In this document: positions 49,072-58,307 of the stretch, piece after piece
Layout: every line of letters begins with the position of its first letter
Numbering within the stretch: the first letter of the stretch is position 1
NCBI GenBank assembly: GCA_963663275.1
Contig: OY760183.1
Location: 1 to 64,000 of the forward strand
Direction of reading: 5' to 3'
DNA length: 64,000 nt
Source: Chloroflexota bacterium
GTDB taxonomy: Bacteria > Chloroflexota > UBA11872 > VXOZ01
Translations under genes and position numbers: made by a program
Notes under the pieces: model-generated
Databases searched by the model: none
The model's input: the letters and a program-made list of their open reading frames with translations, nothing else
Told to the model about the DNA's origin: nothing

Positions 49072-49773
49072 TTGCCACGGGATAAGGTCCTGATCATCGA
49101 GGACGACGACAACCTGCAAGAGGCGTTGCGCTACCGCCTGGAGCAGGACGGCTACAAGGTGCACAGCGCCCGGGATGGGGAAGAGGGGCTGGAACTGGCG
49201 CGGGAGACGCGGCCCGACATCATCATCCTCGACATCATGCTGCCCGTGCTGGACGGCCTGGAGGTCTGCCGCATCCTGCGCCAGGAAACCGCCGTGCCGG
49301 TCATCATGCTCACGGCGAAAGGCGAAGAGGTGGACCGGGTGGTGGGCCTGGAACTTGGCGCGGACGACTACGTGGTCAAGCCTTTCAGCACCCGCGAGTT
49401 GCTGGCGCGGATGCGCGCCGTGCGCCGCCGCGCCCGGCCGGGCGGCGACGCCGCTTCCCAGGCCGATGCGGCCGCCGTGCTGCGGGCCGGCGACCTGCGC
49501 GTGAACCAGACCAGCCACACCGCCACATTGGGCGACCGGACTCTGGCGCTGAAACCCAAGGAGTTCAGCCTGCTGGCGCTGCTCATGTCCAGCCCCGGCC
49601 GGGTCTTTACCCGCGACCGGATTCTGGAGCGCATCTGGGGCTTCGATTGGGTAGGCGACAGCCGCACGGTGGACGTGCACGTGCGGCGGCTGCGGGAGAA
49701 GATCGAAGCCGACCCCAGCGAACCGGCCCGCATCGTGACCGTGCGGGGCGTGGGCTACCGGTTTGAAGGATGA
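49072..49773 (+). CDS. OmpR/PhoB family response regulator (probably phosphate regulon)
   Basis: IIEDD, ILDIMLP, GADDYVVKPF, RTVDVHVRRLREK, TVRGVGY; near phoU. Confidence 0.93.
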   Translation: MPRDKVLIIEDDDNLQEALRYRLEQDGYKVHSARDGEEGLELARETRPDIIILDIMLPVLDGLEVCRILRQETAVPVIMLTAKGEEVDRVVGLELGADDYVVKPFSTRELLARMRAVRRRARPGGDAASQADAAAVLRAGDLRVNQTSHTATLGDRTLALKPKEFSLLALLMSSPGRVFTRDRILERIWGFDWVGDSRTVDVHVRRLREKIEADPSEPARIVTVRGVGYRFEG

Positions 49774-51569
49774 GATTTCCACGATCGCTGCATTGGCGCA
49801 TCACGCTGGCCTGCGCCGCGTTGATCGCCCTCACGCTCGGCGCGACGAGCATCTATCTCGTCACGTCCGTCCGCGGCGCGTACCTGGCGAACCTGGAAAC
49901 CCGCCTGGAACACGAGGCGCGCCTGGTCGCGGAAGCCAGCGCCCCCTACCTGGCCGGCCAGGCGGACGCGCCCACGCTCCAGGCGGCCAGCGAGCGCATG
50001 GGAGCAACCATCGACGCGCGCGTGACCCTCTACGCCCCTGACGGTACCGTGCTGGCCGATAGTTGGCAAGACCCAGCGGCAACGGCGAGCCAGGCCGTCC
50101 CGCCGGAGGCGCAACGCGCGCTGGACGGCGGCGTGGGCGTCAGCGCCCGGCGCGGGGGCGCCGCGAATGAGGACACGCTTCACGTGGCCGTGCCCATTGC
50201 CGCCCAGGACACCGTGCTGGGCGCGGCGCGGGTGGCGGCGCCGGCGGCGCAGGCTTACCCGAGCCTGAACCGCATCATCGCCGGTATCGCCGTGATCGGC
50301 CTGGTGGGCGCGGCGCTGGCGGCGCTGATCGGCTACCGTGCCGCCGGAGGCGCTTCCCGTTCGCTCGGCGCGCTTACCGAAGGCGCCCGCCAACTCGCCG
50401 CCGGCCAACTGGAATACCGCGTGCAGGCCCCGGACAGCCGCGAAATGCAAGAACTCGCCCAGGCCTTCAACCGCATGGCCGCCTCCCTGCGCGACGTGGT
50501 GCGCGACCTTTCGGTGGAACGCGGCAAGCTGTCGGCGGTGCTCGATACCATGGCCGACGGCGTGGTGGTCATCGACGGCAACGGCCGCATCGCGCTGGTG
50601 AACCACGCCGCCGAACAGATCCTCAACCTCACGCGCGGGGACGTCCTGGACCGCCGCTTCAGCGAGGCCATCCGCGACTACAGCCTGCAACAACTGGTGA
50701 CCCGCTGCACGGAGGAGCGCGCGGTGCAGCACGGCGAGGTGGAAATCCCCCAGTGGCGCCGCTATCTCAGCGTGATCACCACACCGCTGGCCGAGCACGG
50801 CGACGCCGGTATCCTGCTCACCATGCACGACCTGACGCGCATCCGCCAGGTGGAGACCACCCGCCGGGAGTTCGTGAGCAACGTTTCCCACGAACTGCGC
50901 GGGCCGCTGGCCGCGGTGAAAGGCCTGGTAGAGTCCCTGCAAAGCGGCGCGCTGAAGGATAAGAAGCGCGCGAAGGACTTCCTGCGCCGCATCAATAGCG
51001 ACGTGGACCGCATGGCCGCCATGGTGGACGAGTTGATGGAACTCTCCCGCCTGGAGAGCGAGCAGGCCGGCCTGGAACTCGCGCCGCTTGACCTGCGCCC
51101 GCTCATGGCCGAGCTTCAGGACGAGCACCGCCAGCGCGCGGAAAAGTCGAAGATCACGCTGGAGGTGACGCTGCCGGAACGCCTGCCGCGCGTGCGCGGC
51201 GATGAGGAGAAACTGCGCCAGGTGCTCGGCAACCTGCTGAACAACGCGTTCAAGTTCACGCCCAAGCACGGGCAAATCCTGCTGGCGGCGCAGGCGGAGA
51301 ACGGCGCGGTCCGCCTGCGGGTGACGGATACCGGCGTGGGCATTCCCCCCAAGCACCTGCCCCATGTCTTCGAGCGCTTCTATAAGGTGGACCGCTCGCG
51401 GCGCAGCGAGGGCTTCGGCCTGGGGCTGGCCATCGTCAAGCACGTGGTGCAGACCCACGGCGGCGAAATCGACGCGGATAGCGTGGAAGGCCAGGGCACG
51501 ACCTTTACGGTAACCCTCCCCGCCGCCCCCGACGACGACGCGCACGACCGTTCGCCCCTCGACACCTAA
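49770..51569 (+). CDS. PhoR-like sensor histidine kinase (HAMP-PAS-HisKA-HATPase)
   Basis: FVSNVSHELR, NLLNNAFKF, DTGVGIP, FERFYKVD, GLGLAIVK. Confidence 0.93.
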   Translation: MRFPRSLHWRITLACAALIALTLGATSIYLVTSVRGAYLANLETRLEHEARLVAEASAPYLAGQADAPTLQAASERMGATIDARVTLYAPDGTVLADSWQDPAATASQAVPPEAQRALDGGVGVSARRGGAANEDTLHVAVPIAAQDTVLGAARVAAPAAQAYPSLNRIIAGIAVIGLVGAALAALIGYRAAGGASRSLGALTEGARQLAAGQLEYRVQAPDSREMQELAQAFNRMAASLRDVVRDLSVERGKLSAVLDTMADGVVVIDGNGRIALVNHAAEQILNLTRGDVLDRRFSEAIRDYSLQQLVTRCTEERAVQHGEVEIPQWRRYLSVITTPLAEHGDAGILLTMHDLTRIRQVETTRREFVSNVSHELRGPLAAVKGLVESLQSGALKDKKRAKDFLRRINSDVDRMAAMVDELMELSRLESEQAGLELAPLDLRPLMAELQDEHRQRAEKSKITLEVTLPERLPRVRGDEEKLRQVLGNLLNNAFKFTPKHGQILLAAQAENGAVRLRVTDTGVGIPPKHLPHVFERFYKVDRSRRSEGFGLGLAIVKHVVQTHGGEIDADSVEGQGTTFTVTLPAAPDDDAHDRSPLDT

Positions 51570-51579
51570 GACAGTTTCA

Positions 51580-52065
51580 GAACCTGTCGAAAGGCGATGC
51601 CCCGCTCAGCCGTTCGCCCTGAGCCTGTCGAAGGGTGCCGCCGCGCTCAGCCGTTCGCCCAGAGCCTGTCGAAGGGTGAACGGCGGGTTGGTTGTGCCGC
51701 GCTGTCCTCCCCGTTCGCCCAGAGCCTGTCATATAGTGATGCCCCGCATAACCCGTTCGCCTTGAGCTTGTCGAAAGGCGATGCCCCCCACAGCCGTTCG
51801 CCCTGAGCCTGTCGAAGGGTGGCGCCCCCCACAGCCGTTCGCCCTGAGCCTGTCGAAGGGTGAACGGCGGGTTGGTTGTGCCGCACTGTACTCCCCGTTC
51901 ATACTTCGACGGGCTCAGCACGAACGGGGAGTACAGTGCTCACTTCCAATTCGACACCATTCGGGCTTGTGCCCCGTCTCACGGGTCTTAACCTCGTAGC
52001 GCGGGGGCTTGTCCCCCGCCTCGCACGTCTACACCTCGTTACACGGAGGCTTGTCCCCCGCCTCC
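51580..52065. repeat. dense cluster of CCGTTCGCCCTGAGCCTGTCGAAGGG repeats plus three 42-bp-spaced GGCTTGT..CCCG units
   Basis: About seven direct copies in 51580-51870, a hairpin element, then three REP-derived units in 51960-52065. Confidence 0.85.
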
Positions 52066-52304
52066 CGATTCCGCACTGGATTCTGAATTGGGCAATCCCG
52101 GCAATTCCACCCGCCAAAATGATTGACCTTTCGTCACCCGGTGTAGGGGCACGACATGTCGTGCCCCTACACCGGGTGACGAACCATCCAGAGGCATCTT
52201 ACTCGTATCGCTCCACGCTGCGCTCGGAATGACACGTGCACACCCCTGCCTTCCCCCCTCACGCGCCTACACCCCGTTGCGCGGGGGCTTGTCCCCCGCC
52301 GCGA

Positions 52305-52343
52305 TTTCACACGGTGTTCATCCTGCGCTAACCCTCCGTACAT
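52305..52343 (+). promoter_or_regulatory. PHO-box-like direct repeats
   Basis: TTTCAC, GTTCAT, GCTAAC, GTACAT at 52305, 52316, 52327, 52338 (11-bp period). Confidence 0.55.
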
Positions 52344-52419
52344 GCCGCCCCTTTACGCTTGATATTAACGAATTATCAAAACGGAACGCGCGCGGGTGGC
52401 GCGCGGAGGAGAAGGGTCT

Positions 52420-52689
52420 ATGGCAAAGGCGGCGTTGGCGGAGAAGCGGCAGGACGACGGCGGCATATTGCGGTCGCTCTTTCCCGCGGACGAGCGGTCG
52501 CGGCCGTGCCCGCGCTGCGGCGAGGAGGCGCCCCAGACGCGGGATCGGGTCGTCGAACGCATCGTGGAGCATCCCCGCGTCATCGTGCGCGGCACCCAAT
52601 TCTGGCGCTGCCCCCGGTGCAACGCCATCAGCGGCCAGGAGTCCCGGGACTACGTGGAGCCAATTGAGTACATCACCGGCCAGTCGTAG
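52420..52689 (+). CDS. small zinc-ribbon protein (YgiT/MqsA N-terminal-like)
   Basis: Two CPRC motifs; RBS GGAGGAG. Confidence 0.65.
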   Translation: MAKAALAEKRQDDGGILRSLFPADERSRPCPRCGEEAPQTRDRVVERIVEHPRVIVRGTQFWRCPRCNAISGQESRDYVEPIEYITGQS

Positions 52690-52874
52690 CGGCGGCGCGC
52701 GGGCAATCAACCGCGTTCCGGCGCGGGCTAGCCAAATGCGCGCAAAGAGTGCATGATAGTATATTGAAAAGGGGTACACCGCAGCATCGATGCTGCCGGG
52801 CGGCTGAACGTCAATGTCCAGTGGCTTGCCGGGCGGACGGCTTCCCCGGAGACGCAGCAGAGGGAGAGAGCAAC

Positions 52875-53537
52875 GTGGCGCGCACGAACGTCGAGATCCA
52901 GCTAGAAGAAATCCAGGATGGCGTCCTTGCGCTGGCGAGCATGGTGGAGAAGGCCATTGCGCACGCCATCGACGCCCTGCGGGAACGCGACCTGGAGGCG
53001 TCGCAAGCCGTGGTAGCCTTCGACGACGTGATCGACGAGAAGCGCTTCGTCATCGAGGAACGCTGCGTAGACCTGCTCGCCACCCAGCAGCCCGCTGCCC
53101 GCGACCTGCGCTGGGTGGTGGCGCTGCTCCACATCGCGGTCGAGTTGGAACGCATGGGCGACTATGCGGAAGGCATCGGCAAGATCAGCCTCATGATGGG
53201 CGACGAGCCGCCGCTCAAGCCGCTGATCGACATCCCGCGCATGGCGGACATGTCCATCAGCATGCTCCATCGCAGCATCGACGCCCTCGTCACCCGCGAC
53301 GTAGAACTGGCCCGGGAGGTGTGCGCCGACGACGATGAGGTGGACGCGCTCCACGAACAAATCTACCACGAGTTGCTGCTCTACATGATCCGAGATCCCC
53401 GCAGCATCCAACGGGCCACTTACTTGCTCTGGGTGACCCACGACCTGGAGCGCACCGCCGACCGCGCCACCAACATCGCCGAGCGCGTGATCTACCTGGT
53501 AACCGGCAAGATGCTGGACCTGAACCTCTCGAAATAG
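52875..53537 (+). CDS. phoU: phosphate signalling protein PhoU
   Basis: QQPAARDLR, ELERMGDYA, DDEVD, LERTADRATNIAE. Confidence 0.96.
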   Translation: MARTNVEIQLEEIQDGVLALASMVEKAIAHAIDALRERDLEASQAVVAFDDVIDEKRFVIEERCVDLLATQQPAARDLRWVVALLHIAVELERMGDYAEGIGKISLMMGDEPPLKPLIDIPRMADMSISMLHRSIDALVTRDVELAREVCADDDEVDALHEQIYHELLLYMIRDPRSIQRATYLLWVTHDLERTADRATNIAERVIYLVTGKMLDLNLSK

Positions 53538-53538
53538 G

Positions 53539-53736
53539 TCAGTTGACTACCATTGGAATCGGAAACAACCTCTCTGCGGTCTGGCTCAATCGCTTGGATA
53601 CATCCAATGGTGCCAACTCACCACGCCAATTCACTGGAAAGGGCATCAACGGCAAGAGTTCAAATTGGAACTGAAGGGCAAGTTCTTCCCATTCTTGCAC
53701 CATGTGACTCTTTCGAGTTGTAACGGTCGCAGTCAC
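53539..53736 (-). CDS. hypothetical protein (low-GC insert)
   Basis: 65-aa ORF overlapping the upstream stop (GTGA); no recognisable motif. Confidence 0.3.
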   Translation of the reverse strand: MTATVTTRKSHMVQEWEELALQFQFELLPLMPFPVNWRGELAPLDVSKRLSQTAERLFPIPMVVN

Positions 53737-54197
53737 GACTCAAAACTTGCAAGAATACTGATTACTTCCTCCCTGAATTCTCGGCGGTAGACGCTCAACC
53801 TATCTAAGCGATCAAGCCTATCGGAGAATTCACTTCTCCATTCGGATTCAATCGTGACAGTTGACTTAATGGGATGCGGCGTGTCATCTTCCCCTTCCTT
53901 GTTCTCTGTTCGGATATTCATGTCAACCGAACTCTGGCCCGAATTACTGCTAGATTGCAGACTCATTACCCATGAATTCTTGAAGATCTTGAGTAAAGCC
54001 TCCCCAAGGTCCCAGTTCGTTCGAATCCACAACAATGCACAGACTCGAACCATCCACCTGTGCTTCAGCAGCCAAATTGATAACGTATAGATTGTGAGTT
54101 TTCCAAAGAACCAAACCCAGCGAGCGAAGACCAGCAGGACGAACGATGTGAACACTGAGAGTTCGCCCACTTTCCAATCCAAGAACGAAAAATCCAC
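53733..54197 (-). CDS. hypothetical membrane-anchored protein (low-GC insert)
   Basis: RBS AGGAGG before GTG; hydrophobic Trp-rich N-terminus. Confidence 0.55.
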   Translation of the reverse strand: MDFSFLDWKVGELSVFTSFVLLVFARWVWFFGKLTIYTLSIWLLKHRWMVRVCALLWIRTNWDLGEALLKIFKNSWVMSLQSSSNSGQSSVDMNIRTENKEGEDDTPHPIKSTVTIESEWRSEFSDRLDRLDRLSVYRREFREEVISILASFES

Positions 54198-54307
54198 TAT
54201 TCTCCTCCTGTTGCAATGGGGCCACTACTTATAGTTTGCATAGACACTTAAGATTATAGGGGCTCAAGTAAAGAGACGGAAAGCCACACATAGCAAGGAG
54301 ACTTCAC

Positions 54308-54703
54308 TTGAAGCGCGTGCTCTTCGTCTGCGTGCACAACGCCGGGCGCAGCCAGATGGCGGAGGCGTTTCTCCGAGACCTGGCCGGCGGCAAGGCCGAG
54401 GCGCGCTCGGCGGGGATGGCGCCCGGCGAGCGCGTGAATCCTATTGCCGCGCAGGTCATGGCCGAGCGCGGCGTCAGCCTGGCCGCGCACACGCCCAAAC
54501 TGCTGACGCAGGACCTGGCGGACTGGGCGGATAGGATCATCACCATGGGCTGCGCCATCGACGAGTACTGCCCGGCGGCCTTGCCGGACGTGGAGGATTG
54601 GGGCCTCCCCGATCCCAGCGGGCAGCCTATCGCCGCGGTGCGCGGCATCCGCGACCAGATCGAGGAGAAAGTCCGCTCGCTGCTCCGCGAAACGGATGCG
54701 TGA
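54308..54703 (+). CDS. arsC: arsenate reductase / low-molecular-weight phosphatase family
   Basis: CVHNAGRSQMAE P-loop, TMGC....CP, DWGLPDP. Confidence 0.88.
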   Translation: MKRVLFVCVHNAGRSQMAEAFLRDLAGGKAEARSAGMAPGERVNPIAAQVMAERGVSLAAHTPKLLTQDLADWADRIITMGCAIDEYCPAALPDVEDWGLPDPSGQPIAAVRGIRDQIEEKVRSLLRETDA

Positions 54704-54725
54704 GGCCCCTGCCGCGCCGCGCCTG

Positions 54726-55451
54726 TCAGCTTGCCGACCGCCGCGTCTGCTCCGCCAGGTAGTCCGAAACCACGCTGCTGATCTGCTTGTGGATCTTCTT
54801 CGGGCTGGGCGTAGCGTCGATCATGTGGAAGCCGTATTCCCTGCCCAGCCGGTGGAAGTGCTTGCGCAGCGAGGCCTGGTACTTCAGGAAACTCTCGAAC
54901 ATGCTGCTGCCCATGGGCAGATCCATGCCGGATTCCCAGTAGTTCAGTTCGCCGTACTTTGTCAGGGTGCGGTGGAAGAGCACCTCCGGCTCGGCGTCCA
55001 GGAAGACGATCAGGTCCGGCTCCAGCGCGATGCCGAAGAGGCGTTTCAGCCACTTCAGGTCGGCCCCGCGCGCCAGGTCCCGCGCCATCAGCGTGTAGAT
55101 GTAGCGGTCCGCCAGCACCACGAAACCGGCCTGCATCGCCGGCACGAGCCGGTTCTCCAACTGGTCGGCAAGGTCGGTGGCGTAGAGCAGGCTCAGCGTG
55201 GTCTTGCCCAGCAGGTTGCCCCGCTTGGCCGCGGAGATCGCCTTGGCCATCAGGGCCGAACGGCGGATGCCCATCTCCAGCACGGCGTGCCCGCCCGCTT
55301 CCAGCGATTCCTTGAGCATCTGCGTCTGGGTGGAACGCCCGGAACAGTCCGAGCCTTCGATGACGATCAACGGCCCGGTGGGCTCCAGGTCGTCCAGGTA
55401 CGGCAGGCCGCAGCCATAGAAGCGCGCCCGCACCGGCAACATGGATGACAC
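54726..55451 (-). CDS. thymidylate-kinase-like protein with altered Walker A (candidate PPK3 second subunit)
   Basis: IEGSDCSGRST (Lys to Arg), LADRYIYT, YWESGMD; start could be 55442 or 55496. Confidence 0.8.
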   Translation of the reverse strand: MSSMLPVRARFYGCGLPYLDDLEPTGPLIVIEGSDCSGRSTQTQMLKESLEAGGHAVLEMGIRRSALMAKAISAAKRGNLLGKTTLSLLYATDLADQLENRLVPAMQAGFVVLADRYIYTLMARDLARGADLKWLKRLFGIALEPDLIVFLDAEPEVLFHRTLTKYGELNYWESGMDLPMGSSMFESFLKYQASLRKHFHRLGREYGFHMIDATPSPKKIHKQISSVVSDYLAEQTRRSAS

Positions 55452-55565
55452 TCGCTCTTCTCCCTTGTCGGAATTGTCAACGTTCTCTATTTCCACATTT
55501 CCACCGGGAATGGCCCGGAGCCCGCCCCGCGCCCCCGGTAGCGCAGGTTTGTAACCTGCGCCGGG

Positions 55566-56291
55566 CTAGGCAACCACTTCCTGGGAGAGCAGGGGCTGTC
55601 TGGACGGCGGCTCGTAGTCCTCCAGCTTGTCCAGTACAACCTTTTGCACTTCCTCCCACGTCTCGTGGATCGTGCGCGTGGCGTCGATAACCACGAACTG
55701 CTCGCTGCGCGCCATCTGATCGTACTGCTCCTTGATCCTCCCTTGAAACAGCTTGAAGCTTTCCACCGGATCCAGGGAGAGGCCGGTATCCATGCCGGCC
55801 TCGTAGTACTTCAACGACGGGCGGCCAAACAAAATGCGCGAGATCGACACCTCCAACGGCGCGTGGAAGTAGAACGCGATGGTGGGTCGCACGGCAAAAC
55901 GATAGGTGTTGCGCACCCACTGGAGGTCGCAGCCCCGCGCCACGTCCCGCGCGTAGGCGGTGTAGACGTAGCGGTCGGCCAGCACGATGCAGCCGGCGTG
56001 AAGCGGCGGCAGAATGACCTTCTCGTAGCGATCGGCAAAATCGCAGGCGTGGATGAGGCTGAACGTGGTCGGCGTGAGCAACTCCTTGCGTTTCGCCCGC
56101 CGCGTCGCCTGCTTGACGATGGCCGACGAGTTCCACTCGGTATAGACCACCGGATACCCCTGCGACTGCAACCAGACGCGCAACAGGTGGAGTTGCGTGC
56201 TCTTGCCGGAACCGTCGCAACCCTCCACCACGATGAGGCGGCCGGGGTACTTCTTATTCATGCCCAGGCCGCGAATCTTCTTCAGAGCCAC
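55566..56291 (-). CDS. thymidylate-kinase-like protein (candidate PPK3 catalytic subunit)
   Basis: VEGCDGSGKST, LADRYVYT, YYEAGMD; paralog of its neighbour; start could be 56261. Confidence 0.8.
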   Translation of the reverse strand: MALKKIRGLGMNKKYPGRLIVVEGCDGSGKSTQLHLLRVWLQSQGYPVVYTEWNSSAIVKQATRRAKRKELLTPTTFSLIHACDFADRYEKVILPPLHAGCIVLADRYVYTAYARDVARGCDLQWVRNTYRFAVRPTIAFYFHAPLEVSISRILFGRPSLKYYEAGMDTGLSLDPVESFKLFQGRIKEQYDQMARSEQFVVIDATRTIHETWEEVQKVVLDKLEDYEPPSRQPLLSQEVVA

Positions 56292-56400
56292 GTGCGGTTT
56301 CCCCCTTTCGTGCCCCCGCTTACCGTTCTCGCGAACGCTTCGAGCCGCGCGCCCGCTTGCGGCGAAGATGCCGGGCGGCCGGATGCGTCCCTCGCTCACT

Positions 56401-58080
56401 CTACCAGAGCGAATCGGCCTGATTCCCTCTCTCGCGTTCGCGCAGGCCGTCGAGATTAAAGTGTACACCAAATGCCGCTGCAATGTCAGTAAGCGTTGCC
56501 TGCGTCTCGCGGAATTCGCACACCGCGTCGGGATCCGCGGCCAGGCGCAGCGTTACCCGGCGGCCTTTGCCCGCAATTTCGCACCGCACCGCCTCTACCA
56601 GCCGCGACTCGCTGCGGTCCAGCGCCTCGCTCAGTTGCAGAATCGCGCCCAACCGGGTCACGGCCTCCGCGTCGCCCTTCGCCAGCAGGGCGCGGTACGC
56701 CGGCCGGCGCTTCAATTGCACGCCGTTGCCGTTGTGCGCGGCCACCAGGCTGGCGACGATGAGCAACTCCCGGTGAGTGAGGCCGTCGATGCCCGCGCGC
56801 GTGAGCAGATAGAAGCCGTGCTCGTCGTGATTGTAGTAATTCACGGCCACGCCCACGTCGTGGAGCAGCGCCGCGATGCGCAGCAGTTTGCGCGCCCCGG
56901 CGTCCAGCCCGTGGAGCGGCGCGAGTTGATCGAAGAGCGAGAGCGCCAATGCCGCCACGTGGCCCGCGTGGGCTTCGTCCACGTTGTAGTAGCGCATGAG
57001 GTTGGTGGCGCCGAAGAGCGCCGGATCCGGCACGCGCGGGTCGGCGCGTTCACCGCCCAGCACGTGATTGAGAAACAGCCCCTCGCGCAATCCCCGGCCG
57101 CTGATGGCCAGCGCACCGGCGCCGGTCGCCCGCGCCAGGCCGCACACCACCGCCGCGCCCGCCACGATGATGTCCGCCCGCTTGGTGGAAAGCCCGGGCA
57201 GTTTGCGCCGCTCCTCCAGGTTGAGCTTGCGCAGCATGGCGTAGATCTCTTCCACCGCGTCGATCGGGAGGATCATGCCGTGGAGGAGTTGGAGCGGATA
57301 ACCGGCCCGCCGCCGGTAGATCTTCGCCAGATTGCGCACCGTGCCGCCAATACCGATCAAGAGCGGCGTGCCGTTCTGTCCGAGCGCGTCCTGGAGTCCC
57401 GGCGCGGTCGCGGGGTTGGCGGCAATCGCGCGGGCCGCGCCTCCGGCGGCGTCGTGCTCCGCGCCGGCATCACCGTTCTCGCTTCCATCGAGCCAGGCAA
57501 GTGTCCGCAGACTGGCCCGGATGTGTTTCTCGAGCGTGCGAATCTGCTTGTTCGTCGCCCGATCGCGGTCCAGGAACGCGCCGGTGAGGGTGATCGCGCC
57601 CAAGGGCAGGCTGGCCAGGTGCGTGGCCACGCGCCGGCGCGTGCGCACGACCTGTATGCTGCCGCCGCCAATGTCCACGGCCACGCCATTGGCCGCCGCG
57701 GAACTATTGACCGCCGCCACGTAGTCGTAGTAGGCTTCCTGCTTGCCGGAGATGATGCGGACGGGCAGGCCGGTCTCGGCCTTGATGCGGGCCACGATTT
57801 CCGGCCCGTTGCGGGCGCGGCGCAGGGCGCTGGTGGCAACCCCGATCACGTGCGTCACCCGGTGCGACTCGCAGAAGCGCGCCAGCACCCGGCAGATTTC
57901 CAGCGTGCGCTGGACAGCTTCCGCCGTCAGGCAGCCCTCCGCGTCCAGTTGCTCGCCCAGCCGCAGCGTCTCGCGCAGTTCGTCCACCAGCTTGAACGCC
58001 CGGTCTTCATACACCTCCAGCAGCGCCAGGCGCGCTGAATTGGAGCCAATGTCGATGACGGCAACCCGTTCTCCGGCCAT
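56401..58080 (-). CDS. ppx: exopolyphosphatase Ppx/GppA with C-terminal HD domain
   Basis: VIDIGSNS, ATSALR, DIGGGS, RADII, GLREG, LLHDVG. Confidence 0.92.
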   Translation of the reverse strand: MAGERVAVIDIGSNSARLALLEVYEDRAFKLVDELRETLRLGEQLDAEGCLTAEAVQRTLEICRVLARFCESHRVTHVIGVATSALRRARNGPEIVARIKAETGLPVRIISGKQEAYYDYVAAVNSSAAANGVAVDIGGGSIQVVRTRRRVATHLASLPLGAITLTGAFLDRDRATNKQIRTLEKHIRASLRTLAWLDGSENGDAGAEHDAAGGAARAIAANPATAPGLQDALGQNGTPLLIGIGGTVRNLAKIYRRRAGYPLQLLHGMILPIDAVEEIYAMLRKLNLEERRKLPGLSTKRADIIVAGAAVVCGLARATGAGALAISGRGLREGLFLNHVLGGERADPRVPDPALFGATNLMRYYNVDEAHAGHVAALALSLFDQLAPLHGLDAGARKLLRIAALLHDVGVAVNYYNHDEHGFYLLTRAGIDGLTHRELLIVASLVAAHNGNGVQLKRRPAYRALLAKGDAEAVTRLGAILQLSEALDRSESRLVEAVRCEIAGKGRRVTLRLAADPDAVCEFRETQATLTDIAAAFGVHFNLDGLRERERGNQADSLW

Positions 58081-58110
58081 GCCTGCTCCTCGTCGTTCGG
58101 TCTCATCCCC

Positions 58111-58285
58111 TAATGTTGTCGCATTTACCTAATGAGAATAAAACTACGCTCGTTTCTCCGGTAGCGCAGGTTCGCACGGGAGGTGCGCGCAACCTGCGTC
58201 TTCCGTAGGGTCAGTCCATTCCACTCCCATTTTCCTTGTTCCGGCGGGGGACAAGCCCCCGCGCTACGTTAACGCGACAGCATTG
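58111..58285. mobile_element. MITE family C copy
   Basis: Ends TAATGTTGTCGCATTTAC / CAATGCTGTCGCGTTAAC; 11-bp flanks GTCTCATCCCC / GTGTCTTCTCC (8/11). Confidence 0.68.
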
Positions 58286-58307
58286 GTGTCTTCTCCTGGC
58301 GCGGGTT

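Noticed and set aside
51580-51870. CRISPR-like repeats downstream of the histidine kinase
   Set aside because: Spacing is irregular, the linkers repeat, and the same motif appears in dispersed hairpins at ~34860 and ~39965.
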